Assembly: GCA_964036045.1 (NCBI GenBank)
Contig: OZ038378.1
Coordinates: forward strand, 23,932,001-23,996,000
Direction of reading: 5' to 3'
DNA from: Eutreptiella sp. 'Long Island Sound 2002'
Taxonomy: Eukaryota; Protista; Euglenida
DNA: 64,000 nucleotides
Shown one piece after another: positions 12,232-24,620 of this stretch. Every line of letters begins with the position of its first letter. Position 1 is the stretch's first letter. The position numbers were made by a program, and so were the translations under genes. The notes below the pieces were generated by a model, which was given only the letters and a program-made list of their open reading frames with translations, had not been told where the DNA came from and did no database searches.

Positions 12232-14399
12232 GATGATGGTGCCCCTATGTGTGCATTTGCCTGTTTGTTGTGCTTTGCTGTTGCACCTTCTTCTTTCCGG
12301 CCTTGTTTTCCAAGGTGTCCCCATTGATTTCTGGTGGTTATTGAATTTTCCCATTTTTTGTGCTCCCACATTTTCCCCATTTCCCCCTTTTGGTTTTCAT
12401 GCACATGTCTTTTTTTTGGTTTTTGTAACTACTATGTTTCCGGTTTTCCAAGGTGGTTCCCCAATGATCAATGGTTTTTCAATTGTCCCAAGGCCTCCCA
12501 TTTTCCCCTTGACTTTTGTTTTTTCAATAAGGGTGTGTGTGTGTGTGCAGATTTACAGGTTTGGGCGCAGTTTCTCCCAACCCCCCCCCCCCCTCCCCAA
12601 GAAGTTCCTCCAAGCATCAGTCCCAGACCCACCTCCAAGCATCAGACACACCTGAACATCAGACATCTTCGTGGATACACTACGCACACACCATGCCACA
12701 TCAGACATCAGACAACAGGATTTATACACAATCCTGGGATGGCCCCCGAAGCTGTTGGGCAAGCGGGTGGAGGAGGTTGCCAAAGCGGTTGGGCTATAGT
12801 CAAACATGTTGGTTCATCATATAGGTTGGCTCTCATGCGAATAGCTTGAATATTGAGACCGAACCGCAGGGTGAGGGAATTTCAGCTCCATGTTGAGGGA
12901 GACCAAGAAGGATCCCCGCCACTTCCCCCTTTACACCACCGTTAACACCCTTTCTCGCTCGCATCGCCCGCCGGAGAGACATGCCATAAGGTATCCTCCT
13001 GCACCCCCTCCCACCGGCATTCCCCCTGAACCCCCTTGGCTGCAAGTCCTAAAATTGTCCATTTCAAGGCTTTTTTGGAGTTTGTATGCGCTCATATGGG
13101 TCACAAAAGGCTCCGCTCGTTCAAGAGACATAGCCCCCGGCACTCCTCCCCGCCCCTCACCTATCACCCCTCCACCCGCATTCCTTGCGGACCCCTTGCT
13201 ACACTGTCAACCCATTTCAAGCTTTTTTTTTTGAGCTTGCATAAGCTCATTTGGTTCCAATACAACTCAAAATAGCCTCAAACCACTTGTTTGAGCTCCC
13301 CAAGAGGTCTCTGAACAACTTCGGAAAGAATCGTTATTCACCACTTTTGGAACCACAGGTGACCCAGGCAACCCTACCCTAGCATGTGCACTCTGTTTGC
13401 TGCATCAGTCCAATGGGGCATTCAAGGGTGAGTGCGTGGAAATAGTTTGCAAGCCATCCCCTCCATCTGTATTGATCACCACAAGGGTGCCCAAAGCAAT
13501 CCATGGGAGTCAACACAGGACAAATCCCACTTGACCTCTTCCCCCCCAAGTACGCATCATTGTCCTAAAATTGCCCATTTCAAAAGATTTGTGTCAGTTG
13601 CATGGGCTAATATTGGTCCAATTTGGTTTTTTGGAGAGTACTCAAGACAGTTCTTGGAAACATGGGCGACTCCGGCACATGATAAAGTGGATCCCCGCAA
13701 TGCGGGGCACGTGGCAAAGACCCAGAGTTCATATGCGTAAACCAGAGAGCTCTCTAGTGCGGAAGGTGACAGCCACGCAATTAGGCAACCTATGAGATGA
13801 GTAGTTGCATAGAATATGCATCCCTTAACCGGGTTGATGGTGTAGAGGGGTGCCCTAAGCCGTAATTGCCGGGCACTGCAGCGGCGAGGGAGGAGAACAG
13901 CACATAAGCTACCCTACGGGCGTCGTCACAGACCGCGAGGGGCCAAAGAGTCACCTATTGAGCTAATGTCACAATGCTTGTAGGGTAACAGCCACAAGTT
14001 TCCGACGCTACCCGCCTGGAGCATTGTCCGGAGGCGGTCGTGTGCTTAGTATGCTCGGCCTTGTGCGGCATTCGGCTGGGCCAAATACCGTATCGCCAAG
14101 GACGTCTAGGGTTCCTCGAGGGCATTCCGTTGCGGTACCCGATCCCCGGGGCCCGTATGCCCTACTTGCTTCTGGAGGATGTTGTCCGTGGGGCTGGGCC
14201 GTCCTACCCGTGGGGCTAGCTCTGTGCACCAAGCTGGCACTGCTATGGATGGTGTGATCGGCGCTTGTGGGTCGCGGGGGGCATCGTGAGCTGCCCCCAC
14301 AGATGGCACACGCCGCATAACGCGTGGTATTGGTGCCATGCCACTCGTGCCTTGAGGTCCATCCACAGCGCTCTTGGAATGTGGTCCCACAGTGATTGG

Positions 14400-16800
14400 G
14401 GGATACGTAGACAGGACACATGGGCACGTTTTGAGTCTGTGGTGGCCCATTTTGACCCTCCGAAAATCCCAAAATGCCTTGAAAATGGGTTGTTTTGGGA
14501 CCAAAAATGGGTCAAAAATGTTTTTGCAAAAAATAATCACGGAGCAGTTGGGGTGCCCAAATAAGTGAAATGAGGCCATTTTGAGCCCATGGTATGACAT
14601 TTTGGCCCCTAAAGTCACAAAATGCTTTGAAATTGGGTTGTTTTGGCGCCTCGCCTCAGTGGTGTCCAACATGGATCTTGACGCCATGGACTGTGCGGCC
14701 AACCCGGGAGAATCCAGGAACTCCGGGACTGTGTTTGATGACTTCGAGCCAGCTTGCAAGATTGTGGAATACCTGGCGACACCTAACGCCACGTCCGCCC
14801 TCCTGTCAGGACTCTTCTCAATGCTGGAGCTGGTCGTCGTCGCCCGATTCCGCGTATACCACACATGTGCACCCCGCTGTGACGGGGTGCATTCCCAGGC
14901 CACAATGGATCATTGACCATCACGCGAACCTAAAAAGACGATTGATTGAAGGTGCGGTATGCGGTGGGCAGTGAGGCGGATGGACTGCACGTCTGCATAC
15001 AACAAAGAGTACCAGATACACACGAGGGTCGTCTAGCATGCTTCCCATGAGAGGTTGGTTGAGCAGACCCACGTTGTGCCGCCCTGCTACATTGGCCCCT
15101 ACTGGGTGGACAGTGTGGCGGTTACCTACCGCACTAGAGAGCCCTCTTGTATACAATTATGAGCTTTGGGTCTGGGCCTTGTGCCCTGCTTTGTAGGGAT
15201 CCACTATATCGTATGCCGGAGTGAGGCCCGCTTACCAAGAACTATCTTGAGTACTCTTCGAACTCCCAAAGTCAGCAAAAAAAAAGAAAATGGGCTGTTT
15301 TGGGACCAAAAATGGGTACAGCATGGGTACAAAATGTGTTTTACCAAATATAATTTTGGACCATTTGGGGTGCACACCCTAGACACCAAAAAGGGTTGTA
15401 AGACCAAGACTAGTTCCACCAACACGGTGGCCCTAACCCTAATCGAGCCTTAATGTTGGGACCGAGTTGGTGGGGAAGTGGGGCACACATGCAATAGCCA
15501 AAAACGCAAGAAAGTTGGTGCATGCTACACAGCTTGAGTGCGGCTTTACCTGCATGGTAGTGAAATGCACAATCATTGGAAGTATGAGATTTTGGGGTTC
15601 AGAGTTGGATTGCGGTGAAGTGGAAAGGCGCACCGAATAGTGACAAACATTGGTGGTAACTAATGGGATTGCGGTGAAGCGAGAGCAAACGACCCAAATT
15701 GTTGATCAGCAAAAATGGGCAAAACAAGGGACATGCAGCCCCTACTACCACATTGGGCCATGCAAAAAAGGCAAAAGCATTTGTGTAACCCGCGGATGAC
15801 TACTTCTAGCCCGACCCTAGCTTGGAAAAATGAACTTTGTGGTTTTGTTTTGACCTATTTTTGAGCCACTTGTGTCCCTAAATGGCCGCTCAACATGGGT
15901 TCAAAATAGGCTCATGTTACGCAGCGGGTTTATAAAGCAAGCAGCAGCAAGCAAGCACGTGCAAAATGGGCAAAAAACACGACTATGTTGTGGTGCATTG
16001 GATTTGGCCAAAATTCTGGTGAATGATATATATCTGGTATGTGAGGGACAATCACACAAAGTATGAGCGAGGAACTCAACGGTGGCGGATGGGAACGGGT
16101 GTCGCAAGTGGCATACCTAATTTTTAGACCTTGTCAAAAATGCCCTTTTGGGGGCAATTTGGGTGTGTAGGATGTCCATGCAGGGGTCCATTTGCATTGA
16201 AGCCAACCTAGATGATGAACAAACACTCTTATTCACCATCTAGTATGTTTTGCCCCCATTCAGTGGCCCCTACAACCTCTTTTTTGGCCCAAAATACCGC
16301 AAGATCAGCCTTGTAAAGCAACCTTTTTGCATTTTTTTTTTCAAGTTCCACCTTCGTGTGTTGTCTCAGAATGCCACGGAATGCATTGGGCACCCTTGTG
16401 GTGATAAATGATGATGAAGGGGATCACTTGCAAGCCATTTTCTCCATGTCCACAACCTTCAATGCCACATTTTGGCATTGATGAGTGGTGGAGCGCGCAC
16501 AGCGCATGTGCTGGGGTAGTAGGGTCACAGGGGTCGCATGGGGGTCCAAAATTGGTGGAAAAAGATGTTACTTCCAAAATTGTTCATAGACCGTTCCGGG
16601 TGCTCAAACAAGTGATTCAAGGCTATTTTGAGGCATTTTTGACCCAGCTTGGCCCAAGCAAGTTCCAAGAAACCCTTGAAATGGGCAATTTAGGAACTCA
16701 CATTGCAATATAGGGGGGCCCGGGGGGAATGCGGGAATTCAGGCAGTTTGGGGGCCTAGCATGCCCATGGAGCTGGCTATTTGCATTGTAACCAACCTAG
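14400..16800. repeat. Fragments of the AAAATGGG-rich/telomere-linked module family
   Basis: Clear similarity to the 37.1-38.9 kb and 46-55 kb modules, including a CCCTAACCCTAA junction at ~15432. Confidence 0.8.
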
Positions 16801-17261
16801 ATGATGAACAATCACGTTGGACCACTGTGTAGTGTGTTTTGCACCCAAGTAGTGGGCTCAACAACCTCCTTTGAATGCTTTTATTCCCTGGTTCGTTAGA
16901 CGATTGCTATTTGGTTTCCTTGGTTGAAGGGGGTGTTCCGCGGATGATGACAATGGGCTGCAAACGCGGAACTCCAACAGTCGAAGTGGTGCACAATTAT
17001 GCATGTCTATCTTGCCATTCACATGGTACTGGATGCTCAAGAAACCACCGTCCAGCTTGGAGGGGCCCAAAAGAGCTGCGAGAACTCTCTCCAATGTACG
17101 TGAACGATGATAGATGACGGGCAAAGGTTCATCTGAAAGCAAGAGCCCTTTAATAATAAAGTTCGCCAAAAAGTGTGTATTTCACATCCAACTTGTTATT
17201 TTTGCCAAATGACAGGGCTAAAGCGGTAGTTCGACGCATATGAGGCACGGCCTCCAGCAAA

Positions 17262-18023
17262 ATGGGCATGCGGAGTGCTCGGTTGGAAGGGAATGTCGCG
17301 AATCCATTGGAAGGGACCTTCCCACAAGCCGGCGACGTGACCATACATGAGCAGGCGGATTTCATGCACGTGAAGGCTACCTCCATACCGCCTTACTATT
17401 CTACCACAAAGGAACATCGCATGAAATGCACCGCTGTAATGGCAGGGCCTTTCGGCAACGAAAGTGAAGCTGAATTTGAAGCGAGCGCACGGCGACAACC
17501 AAGACACGGACACTTGCATTCAATTCAATTTGCATTCAATGCGACGCACAAGGAGGCGGTGCGCAAGGAGGCGACGCGCAAAGGAGGCGACGCGCAAGAA
17601 GGCGACATGCAAGGAGGCGACACGCATGAAGGTGGCCCCCAAGGAGGCGATGCAAGGAAACTCAAGGTGACGCAAAAGACTTCAATAGCATGCGCTACAA
17701 CCACGCGTGTAACAATCTATAGTCAATTTCAAATGTTTCCGCAGCCAAATGATCAAGATGCAGATTATCCAGTGGATTACTTCGACGGTGCCTTCCCAGA
17801 AGATCTAGAAGACAACTCTAATGCGGATTTCCCATTGACATTGTTTTCCGAACAAAGCTGGTCCGATGTGGAAGAGAGAACTACTCCCAAGAAGCCCCCC
17901 CCCCCCCCCCAAGCGAAAGTGCACAAAGAAGACACCATCTTGGAGGCAAGCCAAGGGGTGGTATCTGTTGTTCTTGTGTGTGCAAGCATTGTGCACCACT
18001 CTTCTTTCTTTTTGCACCCTTAG
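17262..18023 (+). pseudogene. Unassigned ORF inside intron (likely TE-derived)
   Basis: 253-aa open frame with short internal repeats (AAGGAGGCGACGCGC); extends upstream through a stop; no domain recognised. Confidence 0.3.
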
Positions 18024-18793
18024 TGAATATGGCCATTGACAAGTGGAAGATATTTGTTAGTCTGTTACCTCACTGTGTACATTTCAGTTTCACCTAGTGA
18101 ATTTTTTTTTCGTCTATTTTCTGAATATTATGTTGGCAGACCATGCAACATGTAGAATGGGTTGTGAGCCAATCAATTTTCCTATGATCTGCCCTAGTTT
18201 TTATTGAACATGGAGGTAAGTGCATCCTGGGTATTGGGAAGCATTGCACCCGCCTAGGTGTGCTGCTCAAAATGTTCTTTCGGCGTTTCCTTCTCGGCCA
18301 GAGAGCCTCATATATGGGCAGATGGAAGGTGGTAAGGGGAAGGGCCTGCTAGACAAGCAATGTAGCACCAAAACCTGAATTGGTTGATTGGACTCTCTCC
18401 CACAATTTTGCAATGTGTTGTTGTCCTCTGTTTGCAAGCCGTTTAGGCGTGTTTCTCAAAGTGTTTCTTTGAAGAATTTCAACTTCAAAGAGTCCATGTG
18501 AAAGCAATAGTTCACTTTCGAAATGATGTCAAAAACATCAAAAATGTGGAAATGCATAAAAAATGTTTGAAAGTTTCTGAAAATGCCACGGAAGCATAAA
18601 AAGCAGCGGGTTATGCATAAAGGTTGGTTTAGAGGAGAAATCCAGATTCACCTCTGGGGGTGTAAACCTTTGGGGGTGTAATACAGATTTCACCCCCAAA
18701 GGTGTAGTCCGCGACCAAGAACAAAAAGTTGCAACAGCTTGCAAGGCGGGGGAGGATGGGCAGAAAAACCCGGCAACTTTCAATCTAAGCTGC

Positions 18794-18893
18794 AATCACC
18801 CCCAAAGGTCAACCTGGGTCTCAGATTAACCCCCGGAGGTGCCAAGAGTTAATCGGGTTAATCTGATACCCAGATTGACCTTTAGGGGTGATT
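18794..18893. repeat. 100-bp hairpin / MITE-like inverted repeat
   Basis: 39-bp arms 18794-18832 and 18855-18893 with 3 mismatches. Confidence 0.9.
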
Positions 18894-20181
18894 ACCTATA
18901 TTAGATCCCAGCACCGCCATCCCACTGTTTGTTTGGCTCTTTTTTTCATTTTTACTTTTGAATCTCCCCACCTCAACATTGGGGGGGGGAGGGGTGCAGG
19001 TCCCGCCTAGACCCTCTTTCGTATGTTCATGACAACTCTTGCCCCCCTCCCAACCAGGCCCGCTTGCGAAAGCATGTGTGTGAAAGGTTTTTGGGTGCGA
19101 GATCCAAGAAGGATGGCTATGGCAACCCTCACACGCGACCCACAGAAGTTTGGGGGCCACAGTATCAGCGGCCCCTTGCATTGCCCGGGGTCTATGGGTT
19201 GGCACAACCCCACTCCCATTAGTATTGGGGTGTGAAACCACTCCACTCCAATTAGTATTGGGGTGTAAGACCGTGTTCTAGTGGTTGCTTGGTGCCAGCC
19301 GGCTGGATAGAGGGGAGGCGGGGGCAGAGTTGTTGTGTACCACATATATGGGTAGGGTGGGGTATTGCTGCTCACTCTACTATATATAGAGAGGTGTGTT
19401 GTGAGTAGGAAGGAGGGTGTGGGGTGGGATCTTGCAATGGATGGACGGAGTAGGATTGGGGGGGCAGAGTTTCCCACATGGAGCAAAAATTACGAGGCAG
19501 CTGTGTGAAGAATTTGCTGTGGCTGGAAATTACGAAGATGACAAAAAACCACGAAAAACCACGAACAAAAGGGAGCAAAAGTGACCACCAACGATCATCA
19601 GAATGTGGTAAATTCCAGGCTTGTGACTGCTGCTACGAGGGAAATGCTGCAAGGTACGCTCCATGGGGTGGCTATTGCCACCCCATGACGTCGGCCGCAA
19701 CCAAAGACGTGCGGTTCCTCCGTCACCATGCACGCTGTGCTGTTATTTTCTGCTCAGTGTGAAGTACTCGCCCAGGGTGCTGTGTTGGCTGGATGTCCAT
19801 TTCAGGGCTAAGGGCCCAGGTTGCAGGGAATTGCAGAGTGAGGGAGCCGGGGGAGATGAGACAGGTGTTCGTTCTAGGCGAGAAACCCCGGGTCTGCATG
19901 CGTCATGTCAATTGCATACGCAAAATGTTGCCACATTTGTTACATCGTGGAGTGCTCTGTGGGGCGTTCTTCCTGTCCCATGGCCCTGCTCCATGAAGGG
20001 GAGAGGGGCATGCCTCAATCATCCAGTTTTTCTTATGCCGGTGGAACTACCCAACACAGTGGAATTTGGTTGCAGAATTCTGCATCCTCCTGCCTCTGTC
20101 TCACTCTGTTGTGAGTGCGTCCAACCCGCACTTCCGTTTTGCTTGTTGTGGTTGTAGGCAATCCTGTTGCATCTTGCGTAG

Positions 20182-20351
20182 GGGGAAGTGCCACAAAAGT
20201 CGCGAATTGCACAATCACTGACGGCTACACGTACGGTGTCCATGCGCATGATGGGGCTCATGGTGCCGTTGAGAGTTGCCAAATTTCTGGACATCAGGAC
20301 AAAAATTATCCTCAAGTCTTCATCAACAGTTGCTCTTCTCTGGCATTGAAG
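20182..20351 (+). CDS. Beta-helix protein exon
   Basis: tag|GGGGAAGT...TTGAAG|gt; (G)GSATKVANCTITDGYTYGVHAHDGAHGAVESCQISGHQDKNYPQVFINSCSSLALK; an alternative acceptor at 20158 has the same phase. Confidence 0.82.
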
Positions 20352-20388
20352 GTATTGCCATTATACTCAAGTCTACAGCAGCAGTAGC

Positions 20389-20439
20389 AAACAACAACAA
20401 CAACAAGAACAACAACAAAACAACAACAACAACAACAAG

Positions 20440-20503
<64 letters not shown>

Positions 20504-20522
20504 GCAACAATGACAACAACAA
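20389..20522. repeat. (AAC)n microsatellite
   Basis: Direct reading; about 44 units, intronic, just after the exon ending at 20351. Confidence 0.97.
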
Positions 20523-21409
20523 GAACACCACCATAAACAACTGAGTCCATCCCAAAAAGAAAGCCTCCAATCACCCCCCGCAAATAAGAACTCCTCCCCC
20601 CTTGGATCCACCACCGGGTGTCCCAAAGCAGACCCTGGCCCTGGGCACGTCAACACAGATGTTAAACAAAAGGTTTCCTGAGATGGTGCCACAAAAGTGT
20701 TGACTACTGCTTGAATTAAGAAAGAACCCTGGACCAGAGTTTGTGCTGGTGTCCATCAGGGAGTCAGGGTTGCATCCGATGGCAGCATACGAGGTTTTGG
20801 CGGTCTGATGGAGGATGCATGCACCTTTGTTGAATTCTGGGACCAAAACCAATCGTCATTTGATCTGGCTGTCCAGCCGGCTTTTTTTTTTTTTTTTTTG
20901 CATTTCCTGCATGAGTTGCTCAATCTCAGAACTTGGCTCAGATTGGTCATTTCCATTGTTCTTTGCCAACTGCAAATGGGTTGTCATACTCCAATTTCTT
21001 TTTGCTATTGCAGCCTGATCTCATGCCCTTTGTTGTGATCCCTCTGTGAAAAGTCTGTTCCTCACCCCTTGAACATCATGGCTAAGCAACGATGTAATGA
21101 GCAATGTGCTTCAGGTGAGTGCAATCTTTATTGTGCATTTTGGGAAAACTCTGCGCTGTTCCAATACTGTTCCTTGAAATCTCTATGCTATCCTAACGCT
21201 GAGCAACAATGCCACTGTGCGCAATGATTTGGCATGGTATGATAGACTGACTCAAGTGCAAGACCTTTCCAACCAGTTGTTCCCCAAGGGTGCCCCCGGG
21301 CCCAACCCCGGGCTTCTGCAAGCTTCCAGCCAGCAAGCGACCATATTAGAGACCCGAGAATCTTACTTGAGGTGTGGGGGGCTACCAACAACATAGTCAT
21401 GAAAACCAA

Positions 21410-21545
21410 GACAGCAAGGGCAGCAGCAACAGCAGCAACCACACCACTACCACCACCACCACGACCACGATCGCTGCCCGCAGCAAGTGCGATGACAATG
21501 ATAGCAACAAAATTTCCAACAACAACACGCCATCCGCAACACAAT
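21410..21545. repeat. Degenerate CAG/CAC/CAA trinucleotide tract
   Basis: Direct reading. Confidence 0.75.
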
Positions 21546-22378
21546 GCAGTAACCATGTTAGTGTGTCCATGGACACTCCATGGACAATGCCAAAAAACAT
21601 TAGGGCTAGGGAACAGCCTGACCAAGATCTTTTTCTTCTCCATGATAAACCGCAAAACTATCAGCTCTCCATGGTAGTCATTTTGAGGTATATTAGATGT
21701 TTAGGTGTTTTTTTTTCTCCCTCCCCTCCCCTCTCCGGGATGGCAACTGGGGTATGTCACAGGAGCCTCTCCTGTTGTTGATTTCTGGCACAATATCTCC
21801 AGCATAATATGCCCACTTCCACAGCAAGAATCCTTAAGATCTGTGGAATGGACACACAGTAAAGGCAGAACCACAGCACCAAGGATGAACGATATTATTG
21901 CCCTCTCCCTCTGCGTGGATCAATCCCCTACAATCTCTCCTGCATGCTCAACAGTGCGGTGTGCCAAGCTTTGAATGGCATGCTGCCAAATGCCAAATTG
22001 TATGGGGACAACAACAGTGCCAACACCTGCTCTTCGCGTAAGTCACACACCTTGGGGGCATCTGTTCGGGCATATCTGGAACTCCATGGAACTCCAGTCC
22101 AGTTGTATACCAACAACTGGGGTCCAAAGACCAGTCTCATTCATGGAACATCGCACAGCCAGTTCTGTCTTTGTTTGAGAGTCCGATTTTTGCAATGAAT
22201 CCTGACTGTGTGTGCTGCTTTGGGCTTGCCACAATGCACATGAAGAGGGGGGAAGTGTCACGCGAGTGTAAAGAAGTGTCACGCGAGTGTACTCGTGTGA
22301 CACTCAGAAAAAAAAATTTGTAATTTTTTTGAGTGTCAGCGTGAGTGCTGATGAAAAAGAAATCCAATTTGTGCAAGG

Positions 22379-23830
22379 AGAAAATCAGAATTGGCTACCT
22401 CACCGCTTGGGGGCCCAAAAGAGGGCGGAATTGCTACGTAACCCCTGCATTCTCGGGGGTCCCCAACACCAAGCGCGGGGAGAAAATCAGAAGTGGCTAC
22501 CTCACCCCTACCTTCTTGGGGGCCCAAAAGAGGGCGGAATTGCTGCGTAACCCGTGCATTCTCGGGGTCCCCAACACCAAGCGCGGGGAGAAAATCAGAA
22601 GTGGCTACCTCACCCCTACCTTCTTGGGGGCCCAAAAGAGGGCGGAATTGCTGCGTAACCCCTGCATTCTCGGGGTCCCCAACACCAAGCGCGGGGAGAA
22701 AGTCCGAAGTGGCTACCTCACCCCCACCTTCTTGGGGGCCCAAAAGAGGGCGGAATTGCTGCGTAACCCCTGCATTCTCGGGGTCCCCAACACCAAGCGC
22801 GGGGAGAAAGTCCGAAGTGGCTACCTCACCCCTGCCTTCTCGGGGGCCCAAAAGAGGGCGTATTGCTACGCAACCGCTGCATTCTCGGGGGTCCCCAACA
22901 CCAAGCGCGGGGAGAAAATCAGAAGTGGCTACCTCACCCCTACCTTCTCGGGGGCCCAAAAGAGGGCGGAATTGCTATGTAACCCCTGCATTCTCGGGGG
23001 TCCCCAACACCAAGCGCGGGGAGAAAATCAGAAGTGGCGGCCTCGCCCCTGCCTTCTCGGGGGCCCAAAAGAGGGCGGAATTGCTATGTAACCCCTGCAT
23101 TCTCGGGGGTCCCCAACACCAAGCGCAGGGAGAAAGTCCGAAGTGGCTACCTCACCCCCACCTTCTCGGGGGCCCAAAAGAGGGCGTATTGCTACGCAAC
23201 CGCTGCATTCTTGGGGGTCCCCAACACCAAGCGCGGGGAGAAAATCAGAAGTGGCTACCTCACCCCTACCTTCTCGGGGGCCCAAAAGAGGGCGGAATTG
23301 CTATGTAACCCCTGCATTCTCGGGGGTCCCCAACACCAAGCGCAGGGAGAAAGTCAGAATTGGCTTCCTCACAAACATGGCGCATGTCGGCCAGTGCAAA
23401 AAGGCCCCTAAGGGCGGTCCTTAAGGGCGGTCCTGAACAAAGAAAAAAACCTGGTTCCTTAAGGACCGCCCTGATCAGAAGTGGCCCAAAAAAGGGCCGG
23501 GTGGCTACATAACCCGTGCCGCCTGGGAGGTCCCCAACGCTTGGGAGCGGGGGGCAGAATTAGAAGTGGCCCACAAGTGGACCAGGTGGTGAAAATAAGC
23601 CATTTGGCTTTTTTGGAGTAGCAATTCTGCCCTCTTTTGGGCCCCTGAGAAGGCAGGGGTGAGGTAGCCACTTCTGATTTTCTCCCCGCGCTTGGTGTTG
23701 GGGACCCCCGAGAATGCAGGGGTTACATAGCAATTCCGCCCTCTTTTGGGCCCCCGAGAAGGCAAGGGTGAGGTAGCCAATTCTGATTTTCTCCCAGGGC
23801 TTGGCGTTGGGGACCCCCGAGAATGCAGCA
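22379..23830. repeat. ~108-bp tandem array (9 copies forward, ~3.5 inverted)
   Basis: AGAAAATCAGAAGTGGCTACCTC recurs at 22481, 22589, 22697, 22805, 22913, 23022...; reverse copies 23476-23830. Confidence 0.95.
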
Positions 23831-24099
23831 GCTACGTAGCAACCTACGTCCCCCATTGTGGCGAATGGCAATGGCAACAACACAGCGCTGGTGGCGTGAA
23901 CCCATACCCGACCCAAAAAGCAGCGCAAGGTCCGCTCCCGGGCAGACACTTCTATGCCCACCACCACCGCACCACGCGTTTTGGCCGTCGCAACAAGCCC
24001 CCTCCTCCAACAAATGGTGGGTATCTGTCTGAAGGAGACTCAACACCTTAGAAGTGGTACACAAAGAATGACCCCACCCCACGACGCCATCTTGAAGGC

Positions 24100-24620
24100 A
24101 CAGGCATCCAAGCTTGGATGGATGACCGCCACACTTGTGCCTACCAAGAAGTTGTCTGGTGCATGGGAGAGGTGCTCGAGCCAAGGGCCTGGTCAAAGGC
24201 CTTGGATTGGTGTGATAGCGTCAAGCAGCGTGTGGACAAGTGTGATCGCTCGATGTCACCCAAACCCCATTGGTGGCAGCGTTGTTTTTTTTTACGAATG
24301 GCGATTGTGCTTCCGGGGTCCATTGGTTTGTGTTGGAGGCATTTGTTGAGCCCGCCATGCACGTGTTTTTGTGGGATGCCAAGGGAAGTGAGCTGTACTT
24401 GCGCCCCCTTATTCAGCAGCTTCGCGACAAAGGCATCCCACTAACCGCCAAGGCTTTGGGGTTCCAACACCATGATGGTTGGACGTGTGGTTATCAGTCT
24501 CTGAGTTTGTTGCGGCAATTGTTGCAGACGGACCCCACTGATTTGGGTATGTTCACTGCCGAACGCATGCCACCGGCCTTTGTGACGCATGTTCAAGGCA
24601 TTGTGAACAGCGCTCCCTAG
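24100..24620 (+). pseudogene. Ulp1/SENP (C48) cysteine protease domain, one frameshift
   Basis: WMDDRH...; VHWFVL (His), FLWD (Asp), FQHHDGWTCG (Gln/Cys); frameshift at the T-run ~24285. Confidence 0.85.

Noticed and set aside
9330-12730. TIRs/TSD for the first hAT element
   Set aside because: No convincing inverted termini could be matched by eye
20276-20692. Poly-T/V/L/C ORFs
   Set aside because: Translations of the (AAC)n microsatellite
22379-23360. CRISPR-like regular array
   Set aside because: Units are contiguous tandem repeats with no unique spacers, no cas genes, and a eukaryotic context
22336-23424. Long repetitive ORFs (207-271 aa) in three frames
   Set aside because: Products of the stop-poor 108-bp tandem array (108 is divisible by 3); no coding evidence
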